A stretch of 64,000 nucleotides of DNA. Origin: Antedon mediterranea. Its lineage: Eukaryota; Animalia; Echinodermata. Each line of letters opens with the position of its first letter. Within the stretch, counting starts at the first letter, position 1. Shown one piece after another: positions 1 to 13,600 of this stretch. The stretch spans positions 17,341,881 to 17,405,880 of the forward strand of contig NC_092678.1 of NCBI RefSeq assembly GCF_964355755.1, written 5' to 3'. The notes beneath the pieces were generated by a model. The model searched no databases. It saw only the letters and a list, made by a program, of their open reading frames with translations, and had not been told where the DNA came from. The translations under genes were made by a program, and so were the position numbers.

Positions 1-789
1 AAAATACAGATTTTTGCTCTTATCTCAGCTTCCACATAATGTATGGAAGTGATTTTGGTGGCAATGTATATATTTTGAGGGTCAAGTATTTCAATTACAG
101 CATTTTTTTATGTTCATTTAATGGCCAACATTTTGTTTTTCAAAATGGCCGCCATAAAATACAGGTTTTGCTAATTTCTTAGCTCATATAAATAATGAAG
201 ACATGATTTTGATAACTAAGTCTATGTCTTGATTGTTACAGAATAAAAAATCAGCATTCTAAAATACAGAGTCGCCGAAAGTGATCAGATCTTCTTATTC
301 CATTTAGGACCAAATTCATAGTTGAAGGCTACTGCTCCACTGGCTTTAGAGATGTTGCTTTTTTTTGCATACAGTTTGTTAAATACAGTAATAGTTTTAA
401 AATTCCAATTCAAACTGGCACAACCGGGACCACAACATATAATAATAACAACATTTATGTACAATCCTCTTTGTCTAGTCTCCGAGATCTATCGCTATCA
501 CAATCCTCATTATTACTATGTCAACGTCGTGAGTTAATCACAAGATCGAGTTCCATACTGATTACGACCAAAGAGGTACACAAGAAAATACCAGAGAGTG
601 TACTGTAACTATCATTCGCGAGAAGAAACTAATAAACCAGATATTCTAAAGAAGTTACATAGACATGTAAAGATATTTTCCAAATATAAAGAGAAGCATG
701 GCCAACTTGCAGTTAAAAGTACAACTTATGGATAAAGCAAGTAACATATCTTATGAATACATAGTAATACACTGGGAGATCAACACTAG

Positions 790-1150
790 TCACCCTAAAT
801 GGTCTGCATTTATGTTTAAATCTAGCTGCTTATCTGCCATCAGAATAACCTTCGATCAACCAATGTGACGTAAAGTAATGCAAATAGTTAGAGAAAGAAA
901 ACTGCCATTTGTCGTCAAACTCGAAAGATTCTTAAGAGCTTTCTGGGAAAGTCAAAAAGATATCAAGAAAATTTAAGCTGTGGCTGTATCATTAGATGGT
1001 ATAACTTTTTAGGCATGATTGTGCAATTGGGAGCTCCAGGTTCAGATATAGCATCTACAGTATGCTTTCATATTTGCAGCAGCTGGTCATGGCCAAAATG
1101 CCAAAAGTGGAAGGCTATATCTGGAAATGCTGAAAGACAAATTTCAAGAT
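790..1150 (+). pseudogene. Degenerate Academ-type transposase fragment
   Basis: Manual translation: PKWSAFMF ... ITFDQPM*RKVMQIVRERKLPFVVKLERF ... NWELQ...FIFAAAGHGQNAKSGRLYLEML. This matches the TFDQPL..KA..I....VxLGGxH and FAAAGH.NYAKS.RLYL motifs I recall for Academ transposases. Several stops. Confidence 0.65.
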
Positions 1151-1534
1151 ACATAAAGTTTTCTCTATTGTGAGAGTGTCTGAAAACTGATTCTTCACCA
1201 TTATAACACGTTGCATGATATCCATTCTTTTGGAACATCTTGTATTGTATGCATATGGAAATTTGTCTTTTAGGCATATTGGCCATCATAGTCAATTGTC
1301 CTATACTGTGTCTACATCTGGAGACAAAATGGTACATCTTCATCTCGTGTCATCATTATATGATACATAGCTTCATCCTCTTAGAGCTTTAGAATATACA
1401 GCTCTCTTTAAAGTAGGTTATGCACAACTTCAAAACCTCAACCCACCATTATGTCCAATATAACCAAGAAAGCTCCTGAAAAGATAAACTCCTCCATGTT
1501 TGATTATTATGACTGATAGATAAGCAGCTAGATA

Positions 1535-1720
1535 TACGTTTTCAGAGTCGCAGTTTCTTAACGATCCTATTCTCATAATGTTACTTTTTTCATAATTAAT
1601 TCTGAGTCCAGAATATATAGAAAATTCATCCAGTATATCTATAATCGGTTTAATTGAGTTTTGGTGTTTGAGAAAAAACACAGTGTCATCTGCAAATTGG
1701 ATAATTCTTATGTCTACATT
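1535..1720 (-). pseudogene. Non-LTR (L1/Tx1-clade) reverse transcriptase fragment
   Basis: ORF 1430..1765 contains IQFADDTVFFLK...IIDILDEFSIYSGLRINYEKSNIMRIG, the typical L1/Tx1 RT catalytic FADD region. Confidence 0.8.
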
Positions 1721-2070
1721 ATGGTGAAGTAGTGTTAGTCCCCAGTGTATTAGGTAACCATCCATTCAGTCACATAAGATATGTTGCTTTAAATTGCTTT
1801 ACTTGCTTTATCTATAATGTATCTGATTGGAATATGCTTAACTAAAGTTGGCCATGCTTCTCTTTAGGATTTGGAAAATATCTTAAAATGTCGTCTAACA
1901 AACTTTTTTAGAATATTTTATTTTTAGGTTCTTCACGCGAATGATATAGTTACAGTACATCGCTGATATCTTCTTGAGTACAGTATCTCCTGGGGTATCT
2001 CCTCCATAATCATTGTGGTTCCCATATATTATCACCAACATATTGACTTATTCTCGTCATCACTTTCCAA

Positions 2071-2830
2071 CTGTATTTCAAAAGCTGAATTTTGTTTTTA
2101 TTCTGTAACCATCAAAACATAGACTTAGCAAAATCATAATCATAGTAGCTCATAAATTAGCAAAAACCTGTAGCTTATGGTCACCATTTTGACAATCAAA
2201 ATGGTGGCCATTGAGTGAACTTCAAAAAGCTGTATTTAGATTTCTTGACCCTCAAAACATAAACATTGCCACCAAAATCACTTCCATGCACGATGTAGGA
2301 GCTGAGGTACGAGGACAAATCTGTAAATTTTATGGCAGCCATTTTGAAAACAAAATGGCGGGCATTAGGTGAACTTTAAGATACTATATTTGAATTCCTT
2401 GACCTTCAAAACATATACTTTTCTACCAAAATTACGTTCATATGATGTAGAAGCTGAGATATGAAAAAAAATCTGTAAATTTTATAGCAGCCATTTGATT
2501 TTCAAAATGGCGGCCATTGGGTGAAATTCAAATTAATGCTGTATTTGGATTCCTTGACCGTCAAAACCTACATTTTGCCACCAAAATCATGTCTATACAT
2601 GATATAGAAGCTGAGATAAGCACAAATCTGTATTTTAAGACGGCCATTTTGAAAAACAAGATGGCGGTCATTGAGTAAACTTCAAAATGCTGTATTTAGA
2701 TTCCTTGACCCTCAAAACATACATTTTGCCACCAAAATCATTTCCATGCATGATGTAGAAGAGGAGATATGAGCAAAAACCTGTATTTTACGGCGGCCAT
2801 TTTGAAAATCCAAAATGGCGGCTTTCCCCA
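2071..2830. repeat. ~153-bp tandem repeats forming the Academ right TIR arm
   Basis: cttgacc(c/t/g)tcaaaac at 2244, 2398, 2553 and 2704. Recurring aaaatggcggcc / gccattttgaaa motifs. Confidence 0.85.
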
Positions 2831-2967
2831 GGCCAGATGAGCTGGAACTTTTTTTTGGTGGATATATAGACCACATATGACACAAATCAGTTGAGAAACA
2901 CTTGTTTCTAATTTTTTCCCAGAGAAAGTGTAAAATGGGGATACTATTAGCTGTTTTTCATTAACTG

Positions 2968-3000
<33 letters not shown>

Positions 3001-3271
3001 ATGTTGTACTTTCCATATCATATGATTTCTCGTATTATCATTATTTGCATGTTTTAGCTGTTTTTTATATGATTTCTAGATGTATTTCAATATCTACGAT
3101 ACAATACAACCGTTAAATGACGATGATCCATGTATTCTGCTATATTTTTATGTTTCATTATGGCCACCGATGGTGCTACAGTAACTGAATTAAAGAGACA
3201 AAACAATGCCAAAATAGAAAAATTCAAAAAAAGCAAAAAGAAAAATATTACATTTGAACGTATTACACATG

Positions 3272-3473
3272 TGTTGTGTACTAAAACCATTTAAGGTAAA
3301 TATCTGAACAATAAAAGCACAACAAGTAAACACACGTGAGTCTAAGTTTAGTCGTTCTCCATCTTCCCCGCATCCGGGGCTTTATTCATTCTCCACAACA
3401 CTAAATATATAGAGGGCCTTAGACCATTACAATCGGTTACAATTACAGTACAAGTAATGTACAGTATATGACA
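3272..3473 (-). repeat. 3' LTR (202 bp)
   Basis: tgttgtgtac...tatatgaca; 4 substitutions versus 23307-23508 by manual comparison. Confidence 0.97.
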
Positions 3474-3486
3474 TCCCTTCCTTCTT
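3474..3486 (-). other. Polypurine tract
   Basis: Minus strand AAGAAGGAAGGGA immediately abuts the 3' LTR. Confidence 0.85.
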
Positions 3487-3607
3487 AATAATAATTGCCT
3501 CTTTCCTTTTCCTTTAAACCAAAAAAAATAACAAGTAAACATCAACTACTATCTAACTAACAACTACTTTAACAATGTTTAAACACAACTGATCTCACTG
3601 AATGTAT

Positions 3608-5165
3608 CTATTGGTATCTGTCTGGAGGATGTCTTGCTCGATGTGAGCGCCTTACGATCGGAGGTGCGTTTTTCGCTGTCTCATGGTTAGTATTGCTCAA
3701 ACTAAAAGGATATGATAAAACGTCGTCTCGCTCATTTTCCTTTGGTTCATCTGTTGTTCGTTTGCGAATGTGGTCTACGTGCCTTTTAAAAACTCTGCCA
3801 TCGTTTAACTTTAAATGATATGAAACCGGACCCGATTGTTCTGTTATTACACCCGGTAGCCATATACCTTTCACGATGTCTCGTACAAAAATGTTCTCTG
3901 ACACACTAAATACTCGCTCTTTCGCTTTTGAATCATGTCGCTGTTTTTTGCTCTGCCTGCCCCTTTCTCACTTGGACTCCAATACTTGGCATTAACAAAT
4001 GTAGATGAGTTTTAATGGGTCTTCCGAACATAAGCTTGGCTGGTGTTTCTCCTGTAGTTGTATGGGGTGTATTTCGGTAGTTAAATAAAAATCTAGAAAG
4101 TTTTGTCTCCATGTTTCCGGTCTCCATTTTTCTAAGTCCTTCTTTTACAGTCTCTACAGCGCGTTCCGCTTGTCCATTTGACGCAGGGTGATAAGGTGCG
4201 GTTCGAACATGTTTTATACCGTTACGCTTGAGAAATTCTGCAAATTCCTCACTCGTAAAATTCGATCCATTATCTGAAACTAACAGTTCAGGGATTCCAA
4301 AAGTCGCAAACATGTTTCTTAACTTTGCTATCGTTGCTTGAGAAGTGCTCGTGTCCATCGCTACTGCTTCTATCCACTTAGAATGTGCATCCACTACCAC
4401 TAAAATCATTTTGTTCATGAATGGACCGGCATAGTCAATGTGAATCCTGGACCATGCTTTTTCTGGCCATGGCCACGGATTTAGCGGTGCAGCTGCGGGC
4501 AAGTTCTTATGACACTGGCATTGCGTACAAGCTTTTACAGTCTCCTCAATTTGACTATCCATATTTGGCCACCAAACATATGTGCGTGCAACTGCTTTCA
4601 TTCTCGCAATCCCTGGATGTCCTTCATGTAATTGTTTCAACATTGTTTCCCTTCCTGCACTTGGCATAACAATACGTGCACCCCAAAGAACAATACCATT
4701 CTCTGTACTTAGTTCATTCTTTCTCCTATAATATGGTAACAAATCAGAGTCATTTCCCACATTATCTTTCCATCCCATTTGCACATACTTATATACTATA
4801 CTTAATGTAGGATCTCTACGAGTCCATATTACAACATCTTTACTCTTGATTGGTGAATTGTTAATTTTTTCTAACAACATAATTATGTCTCCTGGTATAG
4901 GAGGGTCTTTAGGTATTTCCCCTACAGGTACTCTACTCAATGCATCAGCATTTTGGTTATCTTCCCCTGGTTTAAACTTCAAATTGTAATCATACCCTGA
5001 TAACATTAATGCCCACCTTTGCATTCTGGGGGAAGCCATTTGTGGAATACCTTTCCCTTCACCAAAAATCCCTAACAACGGCTTATGGTCCGTCACAATC
5101 ATAAATTTACAACCATACACATATTTATGAAACTTTTTTACACCATATACAATTGCAAGTGCTTC
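3608..5165 (-). pseudogene. pol: Gypsy pol, 3' part: RNase H C-terminal half and integrase; frameshift near 3935
   Basis: EALAIVYGVKKFHKY...TDHKPL (RNase H); HEGHPG...WWP...CTQC (HHCC); RIHIDYAGP, SDNG, NGQAERAV (DDE core). C-terminal WLPGVI...GPVSY...RHVDHIR lies in a shifted frame (ORF 3608..3904). Confidence 0.95.
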
Positions 5166-5179
5166 CCCAGCAAACAATT

Positions 5180-6270
5180 TTACGTTTTGGTAACGTTATA
5201 ATTACGTTATTTTTTGGTTATAAAAACGTTTTCTAATAACGTTGTACGAACGCAAAAATGTCGACCTTTTTATACGACTTTATAACGTCCAAAATAACGT
5301 TCAAAATAACGTGTTTATAACGTTTTTTGAACGTCCTCAATAATGTTCATAAATAACGTGTTAAATACGTATTTATAACTTCTACAATAACGTTGCACGA
5401 ACGAGAAAATGTCGACCTTTTTATACGACTTTTTAACGTCCAAAATAACGTTCAAAATAACGTGTTTATAACGTTTTTTGAACGTCCTCAATAATGTTCA
5501 GAAATAACGTGTTAAATACGTATTTATAACTTCTACAATAACGTTGCACGAACGAGAAAATGTCGACCTTTTTATACGACTTTTTAACGTCCAAAATAAC
5601 GTTCAAAATAACGTGTTTATAACGTTTTTTGAACGTCCTCAATAATGTTCAGAAATAACGTGTTAAATACGTATTTATAACTTCTACAATAACGTTGCAC
5701 GAACGAGAAAATGTCAACCTTTTTATACGACTTTATAACGTCCAAAATAACATTCAAAATAACGTGTTTATAACGTCTTTTGAACGTCATCAATAATGTT
5801 CATAAATAACGTATTCAAAACGTATATACAACTTCTGCAATAACGTTGATAAAAAACGTGTCCTAAACGTTTTTTTAACGTTTTATGTAATGTTTGTAAA
5901 TGACGTGTTTGCAACATGTTTTTAACGTCCAAAATAACATTCATACATAACGTATGCAACGCGTTTTTATAACGTCCTAAACATGTTCACAATTAACGTG
6001 TTAGGAACGTGCCTTCTACGTTTGTAAATGACGTATTTGCTACGTGTTTTTAACGTTCTCAATGTTTTTAAATAACGTATGTAAGGCGTAATTATAACTT
6101 TCGCACATACGAACTAGTAACGTTCATTATAACGTACCAGATACATTTTCAAATCGTAGTTTGATAATGTTACATCATAAACTTTTTACCACTGACGACG
6201 TATTTATAACGTCCATATTTGACGTCCTGAAAATGTAATACTTAGTTATATACAACGATTTGGCTAACGT
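5180..6270. repeat. Left subterminal array, 151-bp unit, AACGT-rich, decaying inward
   Basis: acg(a/c)(g/a)aaaatgtc(g/a)acc recurs at 5250, 5401, 5552 and 5703. Confidence 0.9.
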
Positions 6271-6571
6271 TACCACATATTATATATAGTGTTCTGCAGA
6301 TATACGCGTTACATAGCTCGTTATTTGTTAAAACATGTAGTTAGTACTGTATAAGACATATAAAAACAAGCAATTTAAAATGAAATATTGTTTGATTTAT
6401 TCTATTATCTGATTAAAAAAAGACATAATGTATTGCAAATAGCTTAAGAGGTAGGAACTTGATTATTATTAGAGAGCTTTCGCTATTTTTGATCAGGAAC
6501 GAGAACCAGCAGTAATTACGATGATACGATAATGAGAAACATTGTTCTTAAACGAGAATGAGCAAATTTGC

Positions 6572-8129
6572 CTATAAGTCGTCCTCCTCTCTTCTGTCTG
6601 GCACATTCCGTTCCTGAAAAGATAACAAATTGTAAAACTAGGTAAATAAAATTATCTCTTAGCAGCAAGTCTTTAAAAAAAAATGTTAAGTGTTACTAGT
6701 TTACAAAATTTAATTATTGTCATTCTAATCGAATTTTCCCCACGTTTAAATTATAAAAGATTTTGGCTATTGACTATTTGGTGTTTTTTATGTGGTTGCA
6801 CATTCCCTATTAAATTTACATTACAGTATGTAGTTGTTATGTTTATTTCGTATTGGATAGTGTTGTTGGGTCTAAATACCAAGCCCTATCAGTATAGTAC
6901 CAGACGTTAGTTGTAATTGGATAGTGTTGTTGGGTCTAAATACCAAGCCCTATCAGTATAGTACCAGACGTTAGTTGTAATTTACTTTATTCCAACATTT
7001 GTATCCCGTAACTTTACATTAATTATTCGTTTGAGTGCGATTGTACGAATGTGTTTTATTGCTTATATACCACTTGGTGAAACTGAACAATAATGACTAT
7101 AGTATCTTTTAATTTGTAAACTATTTAGTCTTTAAACTGATGCGGACTATAGTAAACTTCATCATTACAATATGAGTGATACGTAAAAGCATGGAGGAAT
7201 AAGTTATTTCGCCATGGTAAAAAACAAATAAATGATAAATCAAATTAAATTTATTCTTACCTTGTATCTTGAGCCACCTGGTCTGTTGGGAGTGTGCTTC
7301 AGTGTTTCAGCAATCTCTATCTCACATTGCTTCAATCGTTTGTGGGTGAGCTCGCATACACGATTCTAAAGATGAACAATTTGAATGAGAGTTATTAGCC
7401 ACAATGTACACATTTAAAACTTTAAAATTCTGTATTAGCAGTAAACATTAATGCCATTATGACATAAATTGTTGTTAGTAAATAAACGACTTATAATTTA
7501 GAAAGTTCAGTACTTTTACATTATGCGCGCGCCGAACACATAAGTACTAATGTGCATGAGCACATTTGGTTTTAAGCGTCTAGTATTATTTGTCTTATTT
7601 GACCTCCTTTCACACTTCTTTGTTTTTTGTTAAAGTACAAGTATCCCTATATATTTTTTTCAAATTAGTTTGATTACCTTATTGTTTATTACTATGATAC
7701 CTGTTATCATTGTTTCACATAACTTGTGTGTGAAAAAAATTGAATAAAAGAAAAGAAAAGAAAGAAAAATTGAACTTCAAATACAAATTGTTAACGGCTA
7801 CTTAAAAAAGGGGTATATTACCAATCATAGAGTCCTACAGAGAAGCGACCGATGTTTCCGTTATTTCTTCTATCTTGTCATTTGCTACAATAATAAAAAA
7901 AAATATTTCAATAGGCATAGTCTGTGAGAATATACCTGTTAGCCCCCTGGTCTATAACTTGCCAAAAAACAAAGTATAAATATTAGCAACTACTACTGTA
8001 TACTTGACAACATTATTTCGCAAGTACTGTAATAATGAAGGTAAACTCAATGTTTAAATTAGAGCAACTATGACTTACTATGTATTGTTACCGACTCTTG
8101 AGCCATGCTGTCATCACTTTCACTATCAT
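6572..8129 (-). pseudogene. Spliced, decayed accessory gene remnant, DUF4806-like C-terminus
   Basis: GT-AG bounded exons: 8129-8079 (DSESDDSMAQESVTIH), 7884-7822 (contains a stop), 7365-7261 (…KQCEIEIAETLKHTPNRPGGSRYK) and 6613-6572 (ERNVPDRREEDDL*). The EIxxxLKHxPxRxGG motif resembles DUF4806 proteins. Probable non-coding exons upstream at ~8787-8834 and ~10298-10400. Confidence 0.55.
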
Positions 8130-10679
8130 CTATAATTAAATTAAAAATAACACATTATTAATTTAACATAAGTCTTTGTTTAAATTGATTTTCTTTTAAA
8201 CGCTTAACTTAATTACTTTTTGGTTCCATTTTTTCCAAAAGTATTCCCAAGATGAGAAAGAGAAAACATTGACAGTATGGGTTTTGCTAAACCCCGCAAA
8301 CCTCCCAAAAAACATAGCAAACCCCACCGAACTAATATAAAAGTGATTGAATCATGTACTGTACGACCCACTGGGTATATCCATGTAAAAAAAAATTAAA
8401 TTTCTACTGTTAACTACTTATTTTGGGGGTAAAAAGAGAAAACAAAATATTAAATTGTTGTAAAAATACTTTTAACTGAAATGTTTAAATTAATATTTAA
8501 ATTTAACAAATTGAAATCTTATTTAAATGGAGAAATACATTTGATTGTTTAATTAAGGAAATGCATGGAAGAGTTGGCAAGTAAGCGACTTTTTTATTTT
8601 TAAATATTCATCTACAAAAGGGAGTCCGGACTCATTTTAAACTGAATAAATCATATAACATAAAAATGACATAATGTTTTAGCACAAAAAAAACAGTAAA
8701 TTGTCAGCATGTTAAGTTAGTACTGTAGCATATTTAAAACAACAAACAAGTGCAATTTTGTGAATGATAAATAAAAATAACTCACCGAAAATGTGTCTAT
8801 AAAATAGAAGTTGATGATGATTTGGTTTTGAGTTATTTTAGGCTATGCAGTCTTCTAAAATCTGTATAAAAAATGTTGATAGTCATATAGTTACCTTTTC
8901 AAATTAGTAAAGGTCTTGAGTTATTTCATATTTCAAGAATGTTTTTAATGATGAATTTATCGGGTGCCGAATTAATCTAGCCAAAGCCAGATATATAAAG
9001 AGTTACGACATTGGATTATACTGTAGTCACGTGATATGTAGATCAATTTTATGTCAAACTTGTCTCCGTTAATGCATGTAAAGTATAGGAACAAGAAAAT
9101 ACTTTAAACTTTTTCTTATATTTAAAAAATGTAATTACACATTTTACGTTGAAATATCGATGTGCACAGCGTACAGAAGTACTTGCGGCAAAGAATATTG
9201 CGCGCGCGTGCGCTAGTACATTATAAAGTTCGATTGATTGATTTTGGAACGAAACATCCCGTAACTACCCCTACGTCCTATTAATAACAATTATGTAATA
9301 TTTTCAATTCATAATTCATGCTTTGATGACTTAAAAAAATAATAAAGTGTCATGGATATATTTGTTAATATATCGAATAGGGTATGAACAATATTTAAAT
9401 AAAGGCAAATTATTACAAATATAATTATTGTTATTATAGACCCAATATATATATATGTTACCAAATTAATACCATTAATACAATTAATTACTAAAATAAA
9501 AACGGAATATAAGCGTTATTTCATAGACAAAAAAATCTAAAAATAATGCATGAACTACAGGAAAATGCTCTATATATGGCTCTGATACAAAATAGACGGG
9601 CGCGCCCTCAGCGTGCGAATTCTTTGACACAAAAATGGCTTCTAATTTTCAATGTCGTAACTCTTTATTATATGGCTCTGGTCAAAGCTAGTCATTAAGG
9701 TCGTGCTAACAGTGAACAATTTACATGGTTTAGAAACTACTGTACTATTCATTTAGCAAAAAAACATATGCATGTTATATTTAATGGATCTCACTCCATC
9801 ATCATGACCATTTATAACTATTAAGTTAATTTACAACTTTATAACATTAGTAAGTAATGATAATAAAAACGAAACCTAGTCTATAGGCCCATCCTTTGTA
9901 AATACTAAATAGTTTAATAATTACGGTAATTAAACGTCAAATGTAACAGTTTATAACCAGGTCTAGGCTAGGCCTAGTAGTAAGCCTAATTAGATTTGGT
10001 TTTCTAAAAAGGTAGTATAAATGTAACATCGCAAAATTGTATTATTTATTGATAATGTATTCCAAACAATAAATAAACCATGTTATGTTAAATAAATATT
10101 CACGGATTTTTTAATATCTAGTAACATAGAGATATTATAATATCTATTATCTATTATACACTATAATATCTCTATGCTAGTAATTACATAAGCAACCTAC
10201 ATTGCATTGTTTTCTGTAGGAAAAGATACAAAGCATCGTCGATTAACCAAAAATTAAAAAGCCTCAATATATAACGATTAATGAAACAATAACTCACCGC
10301 AAATATATTGGCTTGATAGAAGTTGTTGTTGATAATAATTAGGATAGTTTACTTGATTTTTTGAACGAGCTTCTCTTTTTCCGCAGCAGAATGCAAGTGA
10401 CACGTATGTATTTAGAATTTAAATCCCGCGCCGTGTCGAATTTATTATTCTGAGCTCCATCTGTGATTGGTTGATACCCTGATATGTAAAGAAGGCGCAG
10501 TGCCGATGACTCAAGCAAGCTTTTTAAATGGCGACGTTTCACCTCCACGAATACAATTATTTATTTTGAACAAATAATGTTTGTAGCTCTAAAACAAATT
10601 GACTAGACTTCTATAGTTTGAACCTATACTTTATAGATCCATGGTTTGATCAACCCAGTATTATTGTAGACTATTTAGC

Positions 10680-13600
10680 CCTATTTTAGCATTCCCTCTT
10701 TAGCATTATTGCGCTTCATTTATGATTATCATAACCCTTTGTTAGTAGATTTTATATTATGTGAAACTTTAGTCTATACTCTATATGTAGCTCTTCACAA
10801 AATAATAACAATAATAACTTAAACCCAGGTTCTCAATTTCAGCTACAAAATCGATGAAACACAGAATTCCAATAAAAAATGCTTTTTTTAATTATAACAC
10901 AACTGCTTACTTTTAAAACTCAATACTAACTACACAGATCTGACTCATATATCCAATTTCACAGTATTCCATGATAACACAGGGTATAAAACTTTCTTAT
11001 TCCCCACCACAAAACCCACAAAATTGACCAGTTGTTATGGAAACCTAGATAAAGGAGGTACAATCTTAATTAATTCAGAGTGTGGAATGTGTAAAATCAA
11101 ACTATCATTGAGGATATACAAGCTACTAAGTAAATATGAACTTAAATACAATAAGATAACAATACTGCTTTTAGAATATCGCTACATTATATAGATATTT
11201 ATCACCATTCCTATAGAGCCTAATAATTGAATTTCTTTTTATTCGTAAATTTAAATTTACTTATTTATTGGATAGAACATCCCATAAAGAGCTTTTATCT
11301 TTAGATTTACTTGTACAAGTTAATAACGTTGACCTTATACTTTAATTCTGTAATTGTTGGCTTTCTGGAAATTAACGACCTTACATTCTTGTAATGTATG
11401 ATCAAGTTACCGACATTAGCAATAAGCTGATCAACAGGTTAACTATACATTATTCAACAGTAGGCCACTGGCCCAAGTACCATAATATAAAATAATAGGC
11501 CTACATAAAATTAAATGTAAGTAGCAGTAAAAGCATAATAGTTAGTTTTTTTTTTATATGCGAAAAGGGCAAATTATACCAGGTTATTGATTACTTTTTT
11601 ATTTTTGTTATTCATTAGTAAAAATATAAACTTTTCTCATTTTTCAAAAAGCAGTGACTAATTTCTTTGTAGTTTGGACATACTCAAACAAAGTGATATT
11701 CATTTCAACCTCGTTACATTTGCAAACTTTTTTTTATTTGAAATTTTGAAAATGTAATCAGAAGGAACAAAAACAAACATATATATCGGTCAATACTTTT
11801 TTAAAGTTTTTAAATTGTATTTTAAGATCTGTTTGCCAATGCGTTAATGTTGACCTATAAATTAACTTCCATTAAGTTACCATGGTAATTAACGACGTAC
11901 CCTCTTGTAATAGGATAGTACAAGTTGCAGAGTAGAACTCGGGTTAAATATTATAAATTAAATATTATAATGTACACCGCATCGGCCGTATACTTTTTAA
12001 ATGTTAACATTCACATTTTTAATCGTTTGTGTTTAATGAGTGTATGACAATGACTATGTTTTGTTTTATAATTTTATTTATTTTGAATACACAATTTAAT
12101 GAAAAAGTGAGATCAACATTTCTGAATTATCATACGGAATTATCAATGGAACGATTTTCAAGATGAAAAATACACTGTTCTAAGAACCAATGTTTGTTAA
12201 AGGAAATGAGCTACACTGATGACTAATTATGTAATTGTATTCATCATAATTTAGATAAACAATTTTGCTTTATAGAATTCGATTGTTTGTTGAGTGTAGA
12301 TTTAAATATTTTTGATCAATATAATTTCCTTCATGGTTAACCGATTCCCTGAGATCATTGGTTATATTATTCATAAAAGTCACAAATAAGTACTAGATTC
12401 ACCTAATTAATAATATTTATACCTACTATACTACAAATTAATTCAACAGAATAATTCTGCAAACATTTAAACATATTATTATTAAGTAATATTTCATGTT
12501 GATGACATTGTAATGTAAGCCCTATTCAGCATTATTGCGCTTAAGTTTAAATACTATGACTAGACTATCCTACCATCTTTGTTACTTTAGTATATTTTAT
12601 ATGTGAAACTTTAGTTTCTAAAGATACAATAGTTTTTAAAATAACCGGCTCAGCTACAGTGATTAGGTTCACTTAGGTTGACCCTGGTCTCCCAAATTTG
12701 TATATGTATATACTGAAATAGACCGAATAAATAATGAAACTGTATAATATAAACTGTAATCATTAACTATCATAACTGGACGTACGATTCTGTTTCTTTA
12801 TAAAATGAATTGATGGAGTTGACCTTCTATACATTTAAGACCAGTTACCATGGAAATTAACGAATACCTTCTTGTAATATGATCAGTACAAGTTGGGAGT
12901 CTAGCAAGCCGCACCATTATGTTCAATAAGAACGTATTCTTCAGAATTTAGAAATAAACTAAGCATAATTACACCATACAAATTAATTCGGAGGATTTAA
13001 TTTAAGGGACATTTCATGCTTTCAATTTACCAATAGGCCCCCAATAGGCCCACTCATTTGCTTAAAATACATTGACAACTTATTCGTTGTCAGCTTTCCT
13101 GTCTTCCTTTTTTTCAATTTGCATTCTCAAACTCAGGATTTGGAAAGTGAAGTAAGTTTTATTTAAAAATATGGGTCTCTCAGCCAGCTATTTTGTAGTC
13201 AAACGGCCATAAAAACTGTAATTCTTATGCCTTTCCCGTCTTTATACTAATAAATATGGTCCCGTGAATCGTTATTGATGAAGTAATAGCAGGGGGTAGT
13301 TTAATTACACATTAATTACATTATACAAAACACAACAAAATAAGAACACAGGATTACATTTTGAAATTAAAGTTTGTATCTAAAGGGCGGAAATAAATGT
13401 GATAACATATTAGGTGAAATACAAAATATGAATGAATAAATGTAGCTATATAATAATATAAAAACACAGTTAAGCAGAAAAGTATGATAGTTGGTAATAA
13501 AATTGTAATCAGAAAGAACAAAAACAAACATATATATCGGTCAATACTGTTTTGTTAAATGGTTTTTAATTTAAGATCTGTTTGCCAAGCGGTTAATGTT

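Larger units (their letters stand above)
1..2946 (+). mobile_element. Academ-like DNA transposon derivative with long terminal inverted repeats (left end outside window)
   Basis: 1-269 is the reverse complement of ~2071-2340. The right arm ends ...GGGGATACTA at 2946 (Academ termini are TAG...CTA), after which the host module (ttagctgtttt...cattaactgtc) resumes. Degenerate transposase motifs lie inside. Confidence 0.7.

Noticed and set aside
2969-2996. Long T run replacing ~35 bp of the module
   Set aside because: Could be a retroposed poly-A or slippage; nothing in the sequence distinguishes them.
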